From positions 16,058,110 through 16,122,109 of the forward strand of contig NC_134030.1 of assembly GCF_964204645.1 (NCBI RefSeq): a DNA stretch of 64,000 nucleotides. The letters run 5' to 3'. Below, in pieces: positions 14,601 through 29,600 of this stretch (position 1 is its first letter; every line of letters begins with the position of its first letter). The notes beneath the pieces are model-generated. The model saw only the letters and a list, made by a program, of their open reading frames with translations, was not told where the DNA came from and did no database searches. This DNA comes from Tubulanus polymorphus. Lineage: Eukaryota; Animalia; Nemertea. A program made the position numbers and the translations under genes.

Positions 14601-17600
14601 ACACCAACAATAGCAATCAAAATGATAAGATCAACAAAAAGCCTGCATCAGGCACACAGACCCATTTGGAAGTCCCGGTGCTACTTATTCAACTTGATGC
14701 CTAGAAACTTTTTACTCACGGCCCACTGAGCCATTGATTCTTAGCCAAAACTGTATGAACAAACCTCCTGGCAAGTAGCCAAGAGGAGCAACACGAAATG
14801 ATAAGTTACAAAAACTAAATATTAACCAGCAAGAGACCCCCAAACCAATTTATGTAGTGATGATCCTATGCGTTTTTCTCTAGAAGGCCATAGAAAAAAT
14901 ATGGCGGATTATTGACTCAGTTCCAGGGGGTCATATAGAAAAATCAATGCCGATCAATCCAAATTAGGCAAATATAGGCAAAGGAAAGGGTACAGTACTT
15001 GAAGAATATATGCTTCATTTGAGAGTTCATTAGCTGTACATAGTATTTCCATTAAAAAAGGAATCATTGAATGTGAAGTTACTTAATTGAAATTACTATC
15101 ATGTTATCAGGTTTAACTCAAAACCAATCAATTTACACAGAAAAATCTAACAGTAAAATTCTAAACACCTCAAAAGAATATATACTTTTTCATACTGGGA
15201 GGTTGCACATTTCTGATTTTAACTCCTTTAAGGGGACCGCCAGCCAATCACAAAGATGGCAAAATTGATAGAATCTCCATCAGATATTTACCATAATAGT
15301 TTTACTGTTTCCACCCAATGCATTTTTCAACAATTTCGTCAAAACGGAATCTCGAAATGGAACTGAAAATATATAAAGCTAGTTTTAACAAAGTTTACAT
15401 TATGAGACCACTACGAGTATACTCCAGGCCTGTCACAAAACAAGTCGTTCAGATTTCCAGCAGAGACATATTGAAGCGCCAAAAAGAATGATCATCTAGG
15501 TGGTGGAAAAAATACGAGCAAATTAGCAGTTACTTTTGAACTTTATAATCCTTGACAATCAGACGATTTCAATACCCAACATCCACAGCGAACTAATACA
15601 AATTTGACATAGGTCTGCTATTCAACACCCTTATGAACATTTTGTATAAAGAAACCAATCACCAAGAAACTGACAAAAATTAAAGAATATTTCATGCGTT
15701 ACTAATTTCTAGATCATGGTTACAAAATGTAATTCCATATTTGACTCTGCTGGCGGTAAGAATAATTAAACTCGAATGTTACGGAATAAGACTGATGTTC
15801 CCACATCAGATGAAATGCCTGGGGGTAAAATACACCCTGAACATAATTTCTTTGGATATAATTTCATAGATAAATAGGTGCATATTCACATACCATCTAT
15901 TCAGGCACGGATTCAGACGGTAGCACCGCATGCATGTGCTACCGTCGCGAAAATCCTTTTTGTGCCTTTTTTTTTAATGTCCAAATTAGAAAAGGGCACT
16001 TTTTTACAAGACGAGGTAGATCATTTTAAAGAAAAAGCCCATAATTCTTCAAGATTTTGTCTTTATTACGTTGAAACTACATCTCAATGCAGTTAATTTG
16101 CTAGAAAGCACTTCGTGTCAGGACTTAAATTCCTTGGAAATCGCAGCAAAAAGCAGATTTTCAAAATTTCAAAATGCCCTTTTTATAAGTTGTGCTACCC
16201 TCGACAGTGTCCCTGGATCCGACCCTGCTATTGGTATAAGAAGGAAAACCCCAAGCCCTTAGGGCTGAGCCTGAAAGGGGGATTGCCCCGGGAAAAAAGG
16301 AATTAATAGACTTAGTGATAATTACATGTGAAGATAATAATTCTAATAATGATAATAATAATAATAATAATAATAATAATGCTTAACCTTTGATATAGAG
16401 GATCTGAAATCTTAGCATTACCCGTTTGCTCTAGGATAACCCATCCATTAAATTTCATGAAGTTATCATCTTCTCTTATACATGAGTTTAGAGCCAAGAA
16501 ATAAAATTAAAAACTGGTTTGACCTAGAGTACCCAAAATATAATCTGTTACTAATCTCAGCTTATACAACAAATGTTGAATTGTAGGAAAATGTGTAAGG
16601 AGCACAGAAATCATTGCAAACTGCTGAGTTTATACATGTAGACGGAATATTTTCAATCAAATTTAGTTTATTCTATATTCGTCGATTCAGTTACAGATTT
16701 ATTTTTGTTGCATGTTTTTGGCGCGTACACGCCCTCTGTAAATTCAGGCATTCATAACTTAGCTTTGGATCATGGTTCCCGAAACAAGAAACAAGCTGCC
16801 AAATTCTTCTGTGAGTAACTTACATAATATCAATATATATATACATATATTAGCTTGAACTATCCTTTGTACTTCAAGTTAAATGTTAAATCTGTAGTGT
16901 AAATGTGCCTTGAAATATGTTTTGTAGAAACGGCAATAAAAGAAAGAATGATACCAGTTTAGAAAATTAGTGGTTTAATCATATCGACTCGGGCGACCAT
17001 ACAGACAGATGGACAGAAAATGAAAGGAATGCAGTATTCCCACACATTGTGAGGATAAAAATTGGGTAACTCAATTCTATTTTAGGGGATATGTCCTATG
17101 ACATGCTGATGTGACTGCCGGAGCTGTTCTATTGTTGTTATTGTAGGCGCACAGTACTGGTGCACCACCTAGAATCTTTTGATCTATCGTTCTTTCTTCG
17201 TGTAGTGTCCGTCGCGAATAAAAAGAGGTACTGTTTAGCAACTCAGTTCTTTTGTGTAGTTATTTCGTAGGTTCACAGGAATCTTTGGGCCCACCAAACT
17301 GAGGAGACCCCAAATCATTACACTAATAATTATCAAATATCAACCTATGACATACAACTTTGATATTTTTTTACCATTACCTTATTTCATCTGCGAATGA
17401 AGACTAATGAGTAAGATAGCTGAAAGAGTATGAATTGACTGATTGAAATCCAATCTGATATGTTTCTCAGTCATTAATTAGAAAAAGATCATTCTCACAA
17501 TCCAGGACTGAGCGAGCTGCCAATGAATTGCTTGAGGCATCCATGGCCTTGACACAGTAGGATGTAGAGCACGGGCCTTATACCTTCTTGTGACGCATAA

Positions 17601-20600
17601 GTAGAATTATTCTGTATTCAGAAAGATTTACATTGTAACAATGTAAGTTTTAAAATGGTTATGATTGTATAGGCTATTTGGCGGTAATTTCATTTTCTGT
17701 TCATTTTTATATCTTCACATGAAAGGAGAAGAGCCAACCCCATCTTAGCTGCCCAAGCTATGCACTAAATAAAAAAATATCCATTATGAATTGTAGGTTG
17801 AATCGTGTTAAAAAGAAATCCTAGATGGATGGCCATCCTAGCAACCATACTTTACAGCCGATAACGTCAATTTTCAATAAAGGGGTCGATATAACACCCA
17901 CCCAAATCCTCACACTAAACTTCATTGAAATTCATCAGGAATTGCAGGTTGTATCGTACTTAAGATAAAATCGAAGTTGAAAGGCCACCCTGGCTGCCAT
18001 AGGCCTATTCGAAAGCCGATGACCTCCAAATTCAATAGGGGTAGAGAGTTTACCTGCCCGATCCTCACACGTTACTTCAGGGATGAAAACGGAGTAGTTT
18101 GAAAAACGTGGAAATAAATAAAACGACTAGGCCAACTGCTGGCTAAGCCAGCAGGTGCCAGTACCAGATGTGCGAAGCCCCTTATGAGGGGTTTTGGGGG
18201 TCCCCCCATGAAAATTTTGAAATTTCAAGGGGTTTTGGAGCATCTGAGGCCCATTTTCCAGCATTGATTAGGCCTAATGACAAAATAAGACTCGTTTGTC
18301 GTTTATGTCTGGGTGGAGTCAATGAAAAGGATGGCTCCGACAATATCCAAATCGAGACCAGTTAGGTTGGAAATCTCCCGCGCAACGCTATTATATACAA
18401 TTCTTGATTTGTTGAAACTGGCTCTGACAGGTGGCTTGATGTTTCGCAACGATGTTGTATATGAGCAATTTAGAGATTGTAGCACCGGTAAAGATGCTTT
18501 TACGGTCTGTTTATTAAGTGCGCTATGATCTCAACTCACAACTTTTCCTCAAAACTAAAACCACTACCAGGTACCCCCCTCTCCTCCATTTTCTCAACGG
18601 ATCTACACGAATCACAAGAATGATAAAAATAGATATCCAACTGCGGATTTCCGTGTTTACACATAAGATTTTCATCCCTGTTCCTTGTTCAGCTACAAAC
18701 GTAGCCTTATCACCATAGCATGCTTGAACATAAGAAGGCAAAAATAGGCCCATGCTCACTGATTATAATTTTTACTTGAAGAAATATCATTTTTTGAAAA
18801 TACGAGATTTCACCCTCTGGACAAAAAGCAGAATAATGAAATAAAGATGTCATGAAATAAATTTGTGGGTTAGGGAACATGAATAATTTTTTCAATTTTT
18901 ATGTACATAAGTATAGGATCACGCTGCTTTTTTATTGGTTTTAGGGTGACACGATTTTCCAGTCATATTACAATAGACTCCTCTCAAATGGAATCCTATT
19001 TAGTTGAAAATCCGTTCAACTCCGCATATTTTGAATTATTTTCTGTCTCCTATTTTAGACCGTACATTTAAATTCCGTCTACTCGAAATTACTCTACCGG
19101 AATATTCGAAATGACATTCAAACTCCTCTCAACTCGAATATCAGAACGACCTCCCAGCAGCAAACACAAGTATAAAAAAAAACACGCATTTGTTTACTGC
19201 TGTAATTAATAGGCTACTGGTAACAGTAGAACAGGCCACACTACATATAATGTCAATACATCGCTCATGGAGACATTTTTCTTTTAATACCTCAACCTAC
19301 TGAGCACCAATAGGGAGAGACCAGAAAAGAACCTTCGACCAAGAAACTCTTTCGCCACCATGGTTTGAACCCATAATTCGAGTTGAGCAAAATGGATAAA
19401 GTTTTGATTTCAGTGAATGACAATAACCACCAGTCAGCCATTTTAATCTTATTGGGCAAGAGATGTATCTGGGCTAGGTACATGAATTAACCAAATATCA
19501 AGACACCCTATAGAAGTATATTCAAAACTCCCCAAAATAACAGGACATAGGATGGACGACGAAGAGTGAATGCAATAACTAATTCAGGTCCCAAGTTAGA
19601 GTAATCACATAAAATGTTGCAACGATGTATTTGAGTACCTTTAACATTTTTTCCAGATGAACGGGCAGCTAATGCGGCAATACAGTTGCCTAGTGATGAC
19701 AATGATTGGTTGATTGCAGCACCCTCTTTTAGTCGATCTCCTGTGGCTCCAGTGCTCTCAGCTCGTTCACTGCATCATAGAAAAGTGTTCATTAATTATT
19801 TCTGAAACAATGGTGAAGTAATGGATGAAACATTTTTGTTTTCTATAGTCAGAATCATGCTCTATGGTCAGTCAGATGTATATTTTCAGTCAGTAATTCA
19901 GTTATGCATCAATTTACTGTTATATTAACCTTTTTCATTGGAGTTTTTGCCACGATAAGATTTTTTCGCCTTTATGGTTTGATTTGTCTGAGTTCATTAT
20001 TCTACTATATTTCTATATCCCACTGACATATTGCGCTTCACTGAATTAAGCATCCAGAATATAAATGCATGTTAACATATATTCACACCTGTTTAGTTTT
20101 ACTATAACAGCAAAACTAATTCAAAGTTGTGTGTAAAATCTTTCTGTGCATTTTGTCATCCAGTGTACACACTAGATGGTTCTTGTAAGTTAAAATTTAC
20201 ATCTCGTTATACTAGGATTACAATCTAGGCTTACTGGGTATATCATTAATCAAAATAAATTTTTTGACGCCTTATAAAACGTTACCATTATGAAACCTAA
20301 ACAATGTTAACCATTCAGCGTCATTTTACAAACGACAGCCGTAAATCGATGTGCAAAACGTCACAGGTCTATGTGTACACAAACAAGCTATCTGGCAAAA
20401 TATTATTGACATAGATGTAGAATGGCTTCCTGTGATTATATAATGACCTATATTTGAACGTCGAAATGTTATATTGCATTGAATATCATTAGAAGACGTA
20501 TTGTAATAGTAAAGGATGTATGATTATATCAGAAGCGGCAGGCATGAATAGAAATGATAAGTAAATCGCATTATTCGGTTAAATGGCGGATGTATAGACG

Positions 20601-23600
20601 ATTTGGAAGTCTGATATAAAAGTCAGACCCTGACGTGGGCATGCCGGTGGAATGACGAAGCTATCTACGATGTGTGTAGGGCCGGCGTGAATTTCATCAG
20701 CGGCTACAAGCGGTCAATATGAAAATGTGTAAACATATAATTTCAATATTCAAACGTTTTAGAAAATATGTTTGATATTAGGAGTATGCAAGTTTCGTGA
20801 GATTAGCAATTTATAATAGCATAGCTGTCATATACGGCTCCGCGTCCTCTGATGGCATGTGTATTAGGTGACAATTCAATTCAATTTTTATTGATCCTTA
20901 TTACATTGAAATTCCGGGATAAAATTCCCAAATTCAATAAATACAAATTTTAAAATAAATTAATACAACATACATGACACACGGGTAATTCATACAGAAC
21001 AACATAAGCATGTTATTTTAAATGACAATGTCTACTTCAACCCACCCAGACTCAAGACTCTAGGATATCGAGTGACAGCCAAACCCGTGGCCCGGGCCCG
21101 GGGACCGGGCTGGCTGGCTAGGCCACACGAAGTCATGATGAAGCAGACATCAGAAGAGCTCGTTCTTCAACCATGGAGGCAATGAAGTTGCAGACCAGCT
21201 TAGAGGCATAAGTAAATGAAGTCGGTCGCAAGTTCGCGATCAATTATTGAGAATTTTCAATAAAAAAATTTAAACCACTACTAGAGTCGAAGACCTGTAT
21301 CATCCACCCAATCACCAAATCTCATCATTCCCCAAATTTCTTAAAACTTTGATTTCAAATTTGCAATTCCACATTAGCTTAGCCCAGAAATTCTACATTT
21401 TTTTCGCAGGCGTCAAATAATTTTCTAAAATTAATTTTCTTGTTCTCTTTATTTTGTTTATTTGAATGTTATATTTGTTTATTTTGTAATCGACCATATT
21501 TTCATTGGTCTGAGAATAGATAGTTGTGGGTCACAATACGGTGATAATAATCTTTATATCGCTCTCGTCGACAAACGCCTCCACACATTTACAATCACAG
21601 GGAATAATAACTGTTGCTGAATCACTTTTGATGCCATGAACTTCAAATAGATGCCCAGGAGAAAAGCTACTAGAGCAGAGCTTTGTATTGTGTAAGCCTT
21701 GTTTCTCATTCACAGTGTGGGGGATGGGTAAGATTTTGTATCATAGCAAAAAGAGGTTCTGTATAAAGAGTACCTTCCAGCTAAATCCACAAGGTTACAC
21801 ACAGCAGTTTTTGCACGTTCTTCACCAGCTTCATTCTTAAATTTCTGAGTGAATATAATTCCCACTATAGTATGAGCTCTACTACTGGTTGCATTCATAT
21901 TAGTAGCTGCTACGGTTCTGTTGGTCGTTCCTTCTTCTATTCTAGACTCTATCTCCTTATAACTACCAACAGGAACTATCTTCAAACTCTCAACTACAAA
22001 TGATATAAACAAGAATAATGAAAAATAAAGGTCCAATTGCCCTGTGGCTCAACATCAAATTATTGAGTGCATATTGTCAAAAATATTATACTAAATATAA
22101 ATCAATTTGGATTGAAAATGTACGAGGCTGACAATATGGGCCTGTGGATGTATGAGAGTGCTGTGTATATATCATTGGCGAGTCACTGTGCTATATATAG
22201 ACTCGCTCAGGTGATTTCTAACACACAGAGCCATATACTGTCCCCTATATTCGAACACACATGGCTGACTGCTGGCGTGCGAATAAACAAATGTATTAGC
22301 AACGCAGTATTAGATTGACCGGAATTTCACAAGTCAGAATCCATCCATCCACAAAATGTCAAATAAAGGACAATGGGTCCAGTGGGATCAACTGAGTTAG
22401 ACATTGTAGTTTTGAGCACAAAAATGGATTTGTACTTGGATTTGCAATAACGAACTGCTGATAAAGATGAAATCATGGTGCACTTTGTAGCAAGCATGTG
22501 CAACTTTGATGATATACATGGTAATGGGTTTGCCTATGAGTCAGGTACATGGTAGAGAACAGTTCTTGATAATGTCACAGGGAAAAAACCCTTCTAGAGG
22601 GATTTCCAAGTGATGCCCTTGTGAAGGGCTCTCTCTGTGATGTCATGAAACTAGGTCAAGCATCGATTAGTAGAATGGGTGAAAGATTCATTGAAATTTT
22701 ACACATTTTTTCCTAGCACATCCAAATGGCTTAGAGCTGATGGACGAAACTTGCCAAATTCAATTCCACCACCTATTTCCCTCCATATGACAAAATATCA
22801 GCTGTCTATATCGATTGGTTTCAATTTGTGCCACCATGAGCTAACAGAAAGTTACTTTCAGAACCATTCTATAAGGATCAACACAGTTGATCCTAAAAAT
22901 ACAAACCTATACAGCCTTTCTTTTTCCTAGAAATCAAAACAAATATTGGCTATGATTTTTTCTTTCCTAAATATACAAATAAATACCGACTTGGAAGACC
23001 CGCTATGAGACCTGCCATTGGTGTCGTCATACTTGCTAGTTCAGATACTTTATTAAATAGGCTACTCAGTTATATTCGTAACAACGAACATTATAAGCGA
23101 ACATACGATACCTAGTCGAATGAAATGCTCGCCATTTTGTTTTGGGTTCCACATGAGGCTTTCAAAATGGGCTTTTCCAATTACATCAGGAGCGCTGAAA
23201 TTCCTGGAATTTCCCATATATCCCACAAACAGCCTATCACATTCATTGTAGCTCAGGTAACAAGGTCAACTCAAAATAGAAACGAGAAGATTTAGGGGGT
23301 TGATAAAGTGAGGGGCTGTAGGTCGAAAAGTACATTGAGATCACTCAAACAAATAAATTGCCCATGGGCAAAATGTGGTTTACCTTGAAAGCTGGAGGTT
23401 GTTTGGAGTAAGGGCATTGCTTGAAAAAACTTTTTAATTCGTGACTTCAAATTCTAGAAGTCTAGGCGCGGCGCGGCAGGGAAACATTTTTATATTTTCA
23501 AAAACACATTTTTCACAATATGAAAAAATATTCAAATAAAATTCATATGATGTCACATATCAGAGAAGCTAAAGCACCGGGCGTAGTATAAGATCATTTT

Positions 23601-26600
23601 AAATCCTGGGATTTACCACTATAATATTCAGAGCTGAACCTATACCTATAGTTTGCTGGCTAAGTATTTTCAGGTCACAAGAAATTACAATTTATTACAA
23701 ATTCTATCAAACAGAAAACACAATGCACATCTTCCGCTACGATGATTATTCAGCCTGTTATCATACCAAACGTGCACACGCCAAGCAGCATTACAGCATC
23801 ACCATATAGAGGAGGTATATGTATGAGCGTGTGTTTGTGTGTGCAACAGTATAATGTTTAGCTCTCTCGCGCACGTGGAGGCCTTGGGTAGTGAACGTTC
23901 GCTTCACTTCAATCTCAATCAACACACCGGGTATTAACATGAAACAATACCTATGGCGATATGTGAAATAATTATTTCTCACCAGCAATGAGCATTTAAA
24001 ATTCTCACATATACGGCACCTAGTCCAATGAAACATTCGCTATTAATGGCTTTCCCATAATTATTTTAGCAGCGCCGGAATTCCCCGTATATCCCAAAAA
24101 CAGCCAATCGCATTTGCTCGTAGAGACATCTACCCTTCAATCGAGGTCATTGCAATTTTATACGCAAGAGCTAAGAATTTTCCCGCCAAACAGTTTTTCG
24201 TCGAATTTAAACAAAGTTGACCATGTCATCGACGGAGGTTCGTCATGTCTTCAATCGCATCGATTATACGTCGTTTAACCCGAGAACCAATGAAAAATGC
24301 GCACATGAAAAAATGTACCGCGATTTTACAAGAATTGGCTCAATGCCAACCTCATACTGCTGACAAAGGTAAACCAAAAAGGCAACACTTCCAGGAGGGA
24401 TTGAACTTTTATATATTTCAATTCCAAGTATGCAAATTGTCATAAGTAAAAACGTGCCATTACTTAGTGCAAAAAAGCAGAGTTTGTGCGTGTTTTTCAA
24501 GAATAAGTCCCCTAAAAATAACTCAATCACTATGAAACTTTGTGGGCTCAGAACTCAATAAGCCAAACCATGACACCAAAAATCAATGCAATTGGTCCAA
24601 CAGTCAATATTTGTTCCTTGTTGAGACATCGGTACTCTATTCATTTTCAATGAAAACTGCTTGCACCAGACCGTTTGCATAGGCAAACCTACGGTTCGCC
24701 AAAAATGAAGGGAAATTAAATGCAACTTTTTTAATTACATCAGAGTGGATGTATGAAAAAGCAGGAAATGTCTCAAACACTGTAGAATTCCAATATGAGT
24801 ACAAGTCGTTTCATCAGGTTGGTTTATTTCAACTGCAAACCAGCCATCTTGAAAGGTTGAACCTATTGAAATAATAGGGTTCTTCCCTACATGATCCAAT
24901 GACATCCTAAATAATTTCAAAAGATTCTATCCACTGATTTCAGTCTGTATCTCATAAATTTCATTTTTTGGTTGAAAAATTGTATTCCCTAAAAATACTT
25001 AGCTGTACTGACATAATAGCCAAGTTGCTTTAGACGACTGGCGCCCGCCATAAACAACTTTGAGAGTAAGCCAACCATCAGCTGGCGCAACCTACCCTAC
25101 TCATCTTTGTTTTAGATACACTCAAGATAGCGGAGATGGTTGGGAGGGTATATTCGGTGTGTCAGTACAGGTAAGTATTTTTATGGAATACAATTTTTCA
25201 ATCGAAAAATGAAATATTCCCGTCAAAAAACGTTCCCTGTACTGATATAATAGCCAGAATACCACAGAAAAGGACGGCTGGGCATCTCCAAGTCGTCGAC
25301 CAACCAAGGTCTAAAATCCTTAACGATTTACTACAGTAAAAACATGGAAAAACACTCGTCCATTACAAATCCATTATCGTGAGACCGGAGAGCTTTCCAT
25401 CCACGTCGCACGAGAAACCAAAGAGATCGGTAACTACGAGGCCAACCCTATGTTTCCCGTAAAACTACAATAACACTATATACAATCTGCCCTTGTGCCA
25501 ACAATTATAGCTTTCTACTGCTCTAAACAAAAAATCGGAGTTTACGCAACCCCTGAACGATGACCCTTAAATTACTATCATCGATAAAACTATAAACAAA
25601 AAGAGCCATGCCTTGAACGCAAGGTCTTCGATTAGACCTACGCGTATATACACACACACAAACCATGCGTGTGTGGCCCGAAGGTAACACTATGGTTTCC
25701 GTATCTTATCTGAACACTAATCTTGTAATACTTCCAAAACACTGTGTCTCAATCCCCAGGACCCGGCAAAAATGGATCTGTGGGGACCGTAATATCAAAC
25801 TATTTTGGGGGTTTTCTCATCCCTTGAGCTAAAACCACAGGGCCCACTGCAGAGAGGCTACCTGACTGCCCCGAAACATCCCTCAGATAAAACGAGGAGA
25901 ACGTGGACGGCACGACCAGAAAGCTGCCTTGCAAACCTGGTCTAGAGAACCTCCGGTGAAAAAGGCCCAGGACGTGGCCAACACTCGCACCTGGTGCGAA
26001 ACCACCTCCTGAGAGGGCAGGGCACCTTCATGGTTTAACGCCTCCTTAATCAATGATGTAATCCACCTAGCCACAGAGTCCCTTGAAATGTCCTTCGAAC
26101 GATCCCCCACTATTGGGAGAAACAATGGTCTTTTCCAAATACCTCTTCAGGGAGCGCACTGGACACAACATCCTGTCGGGTAAGTCTCCTGAGACCCTAT
26201 GCCCCAGAGCTTCTACCCTCCATGACCTAGCCGCTGCTAAGGATTTCTGATTCTTCGCTATGAAGGATAACACCGGACGAAGTATCAGGTATCTATCCTC
26301 GGGCCCGAAAACTATATGGCCCAGTCTGGCCAAGAGTGGGTGGACTTCTGAGCGACGAGCGGCCATAGCCAAACAAAGCAATAACACTGTCTTCATAGTT
26401 AAACGTGACAAGAAAATCTCCCGAAACGGTTCATAGGGAGGACGCATCAAATACTTCAGTACGACTGTAAGATCCCATGGAGGAACCTCCCTCACCTTTC
26501 TGGGGCGAGCCACCGTAAACCCCGCAATCAATTGGGAAATTCTCGAGTCCGTGGAAACCTCTGGGACCCCGGCGGACCGATGCGTATGCGAAATAACTGA

Positions 26601-29600
26601 TCGGTACCCTTTAATAGTCACCCCTTTAAACCCTTTCTGATTAGACAGAAAATGAAAAAATTCCACTAGATCTGCTACAGCGGGACGGAGAGGATCCACC
26701 TGTCTCCCAGAGCACCAATTGCGAAAATATTCCCACTTAGCATCATAGACTGTCCCTGTCGAGGGTCTCCTGGATGCCAGAATAAACGAGGCAGGCCTTT
26801 GCAAAAATCCCTGATCCGCGAGGGATTGCTGGACAGTGGCCAAGCGTGAAGATCCAAGAAACTCACGTTGGGGTGAGACTTGAACCGCCCCTGGGATAAT
26901 AGTCAGAAAAGTTTGGAGCCGACGCGGCTGATCGCACAGAAGATTCAGAAGTCTCGGCAACCAAGTCTGAGCTGTCCAGCCTCCACCCGCTCCAACACCC
27001 GATTTATCAGGGGAACAGGGGGATAAGCGTAGGCATGAACATTGTCCCACTCTAGGGAGAACGCATCCACGGCCCATGCCTGGTCGTCAAGGAATGGACA
27101 GATGAACACTGGGCACCTGGTGTTGAACCTGGTAGCAAACAGGTCTAGATTGGGCCAACCTACCAGTGACCTGACTCGATCCGCTACCGGCTGAGACAGT
27201 GTCCACTCAGTGGGAATCGGCTTGTCCCGACGCGACAACTGGTCAGCCAGCACATTCAATTTTCTGGCTAGATGGGATACCGAAAGCGGAATCCCCTGCG
27301 CCTGAACCCATAGAAGGATCTATGCGGGTAACCGCGTTAAAGTCCGAGACCTCGTTCCCCCCTGATTCAAGAGATAGGCTTTGACCGTCGAGTTGTCCGT
27401 GGCCAACCACACATGGCGCCCGGACAGTCTCCTGTGGAAGAACTGCAATGCTTTCTGCACTGCTAACAACACCAAATGGTTTATGTGCAAACCTCTCTCC
27501 CTCGACGTCCAGGCTCCCGACTTCCGAGAAGCCTCGAGATGGGCTCCGCATCCGTAAAAACTGGAGTCTGTGAAAAGATAAATTGGCGCCTTGAGTGGAG
27601 CTAGGGACGTGCCTTTCAGAAGGTTGAAAGTTAGAGTCCACCACATGATATCCGCCACCAGGGCTGCTGGAGGCACCGGGAGAAGACCGTCCTAGCATTG
27701 ATTTGAATTCGATCAAGAACTTTTCCAAAACTGCTGTAGTGGACAACTGAGACCAGTACCGCGCCGACCAGGGAATCCCCTGAGTCAGGCCGGATACCGC
27801 TTCTTTGAGTTTGTGTACCCTTGGTTCGGCTGGATAAACTAGACCGAGTTCAGGTCGAAGTACATCCCCAGATATACAAATCTCTGAGTGGGGACCAGAT
27901 ACGACTTCTCCAGATTCACCCTGAAACCCAACTGGTTTATTAAGGCCAAGGTTTTCTCCAACCCTTCCTGGCACTCCCTTGCCGAATCCGCCACCACCAA
28001 CCAGTCGTCCAGGTAAACGAATAGACGTACCCCTTGTGACTGAAGGTGACGCTGAACCGTTTTCACTAACTTTGTGAATAACCAGGGGGCGGCACTGAGC
28101 CCGAACGGAAGAGCGCGAAATTGGTAAGTTTTTCCTTGCCACTTCACCCTGAGGAATTTGCGGGACCTCGGGTGTACAGGGACCTGGAACTAAGCATCCT
28201 TTAAATCTATCGAGTTTTATCTTTCTTAAAGAATTATTTTGTAGTCAAATAAGACCAAAGATATACATTTGTTTGCGGTCCACGTCCAAAATTTTGTAGG
28301 GTACAGGTAGGCGCGGCAGGGAAACTATTTTATATTTTCAAAAAAATATGTTTAATATAATATGAAAAAATATTCAAATAAGGCCATCCCAAAATAATTG
28401 TCTGTTTGCCGCAACACCGACTGAACTTTTCAGGATGAGTCGGTAGGAAGGTAGAAATCTTTTTTTGCAAAATTTTTGGGCAAAAAAAAAAATTTTTCAC
28501 CTTTTTTACATGGAAACAATATCGCAAAAAATCATCTACGTTGCGCACAGGAAATTTGTCTAATAGCGTAGATTTCAAGAATTATTCTAAAATTATAACT
28601 TTGTCCAGAGCGTCATCTCTGTCTTAAAAATGAAACAGTACATTGAATATGTGCGCGCTTTTACGTTACCAGCTATTCCTATAGTCACTATTAGAATGAA
28701 TGGCAGCTTATTGGAACACTGCCAGTTTCCTGGAAACTTAAACTAGGCCACATGTCAAGGCATGTTTTCGCACGATGCACACTAGAATTCAAACATATGT
28801 TCCTCATAGTCGGTCGGCCATGATGTCACATATCAGAGGGTGGCTGAATATTGGGTATTGGAAACCTCTTCCAATGTTGGCCACGGACGCTAAAATACCG
28901 GTACAGAAGAAATCGGCTATTAGATCGTTTTAAGTCCTGGAATTTACCACTACAATATTCAGACCTCGACAGACCTTATAGTTTACTGCTTAGTAATTTC
29001 AGGTCACAAGAAATTACAATTTATTACACATTCTGAACAGAAAACACAGCGCTCATCTTCTGCTATGATTATTCAGCCTATTTTCATGCAGTGTTGCCAG
29101 CACCAAGCTTTGCTATATCCGGAAGTATTTATTGACATACACAAACTTGCGAGCGCCTAAGGCGCGAAGCAATTTCGGGGGGTTTGGGGGTCCCCCCCCA
29201 AAAAATTTCAGAAATTAGAAGCGTTTTCCGAGCACTTAGAGCGATCGTGAACCCATGAACAACTTATTATATTCTGGAAGGTAATGGCTATTTCCAATGT
29301 GGCACATCCTCATTCGTTGACGATCAGCATCTTCTCACGCATTACGGGTCGAGTCCTGAATTATTGCAGTTCAAATGCGCCGATGAACGCTCACAAATTC
29401 AAGATCGTAGCGCTTGAGCGCTTAGTTGGCAAGGAAATATTTAAAATTTCGTTAATAATCAATTTATCCGTGAATATCATGCAACTCATTTTCCGGGGAA
29501 CTATCGCATACGGGCCTATTGAAAATAAAAAAAATGGAACATTCAAAAAAGGACGGATCATAGATAGTTTAGGCCTAAGCCTATATAGATGATCATAGAT

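Noticed and set aside
15230-15760. Short imperfect inverted repeat (ACCGCCAGC...CAAA.ATGG) flanking kinesin exon 8
   Set aside because: Only about 9 bp perfect, no TSD; cannot be distinguished from TE debris or chance
22360-22560. Possible decayed PHD-finger coding sequence (GQWVQWDQ)
   Set aside because: Stops and missing Cys/His ligands; insufficient support
27243-28142. 299-aa ORF as an independent gene
   Set aside because: Alternative frame overlapping DIRS pol (upstream part of the overlapping YR frame); no independent domain recognised
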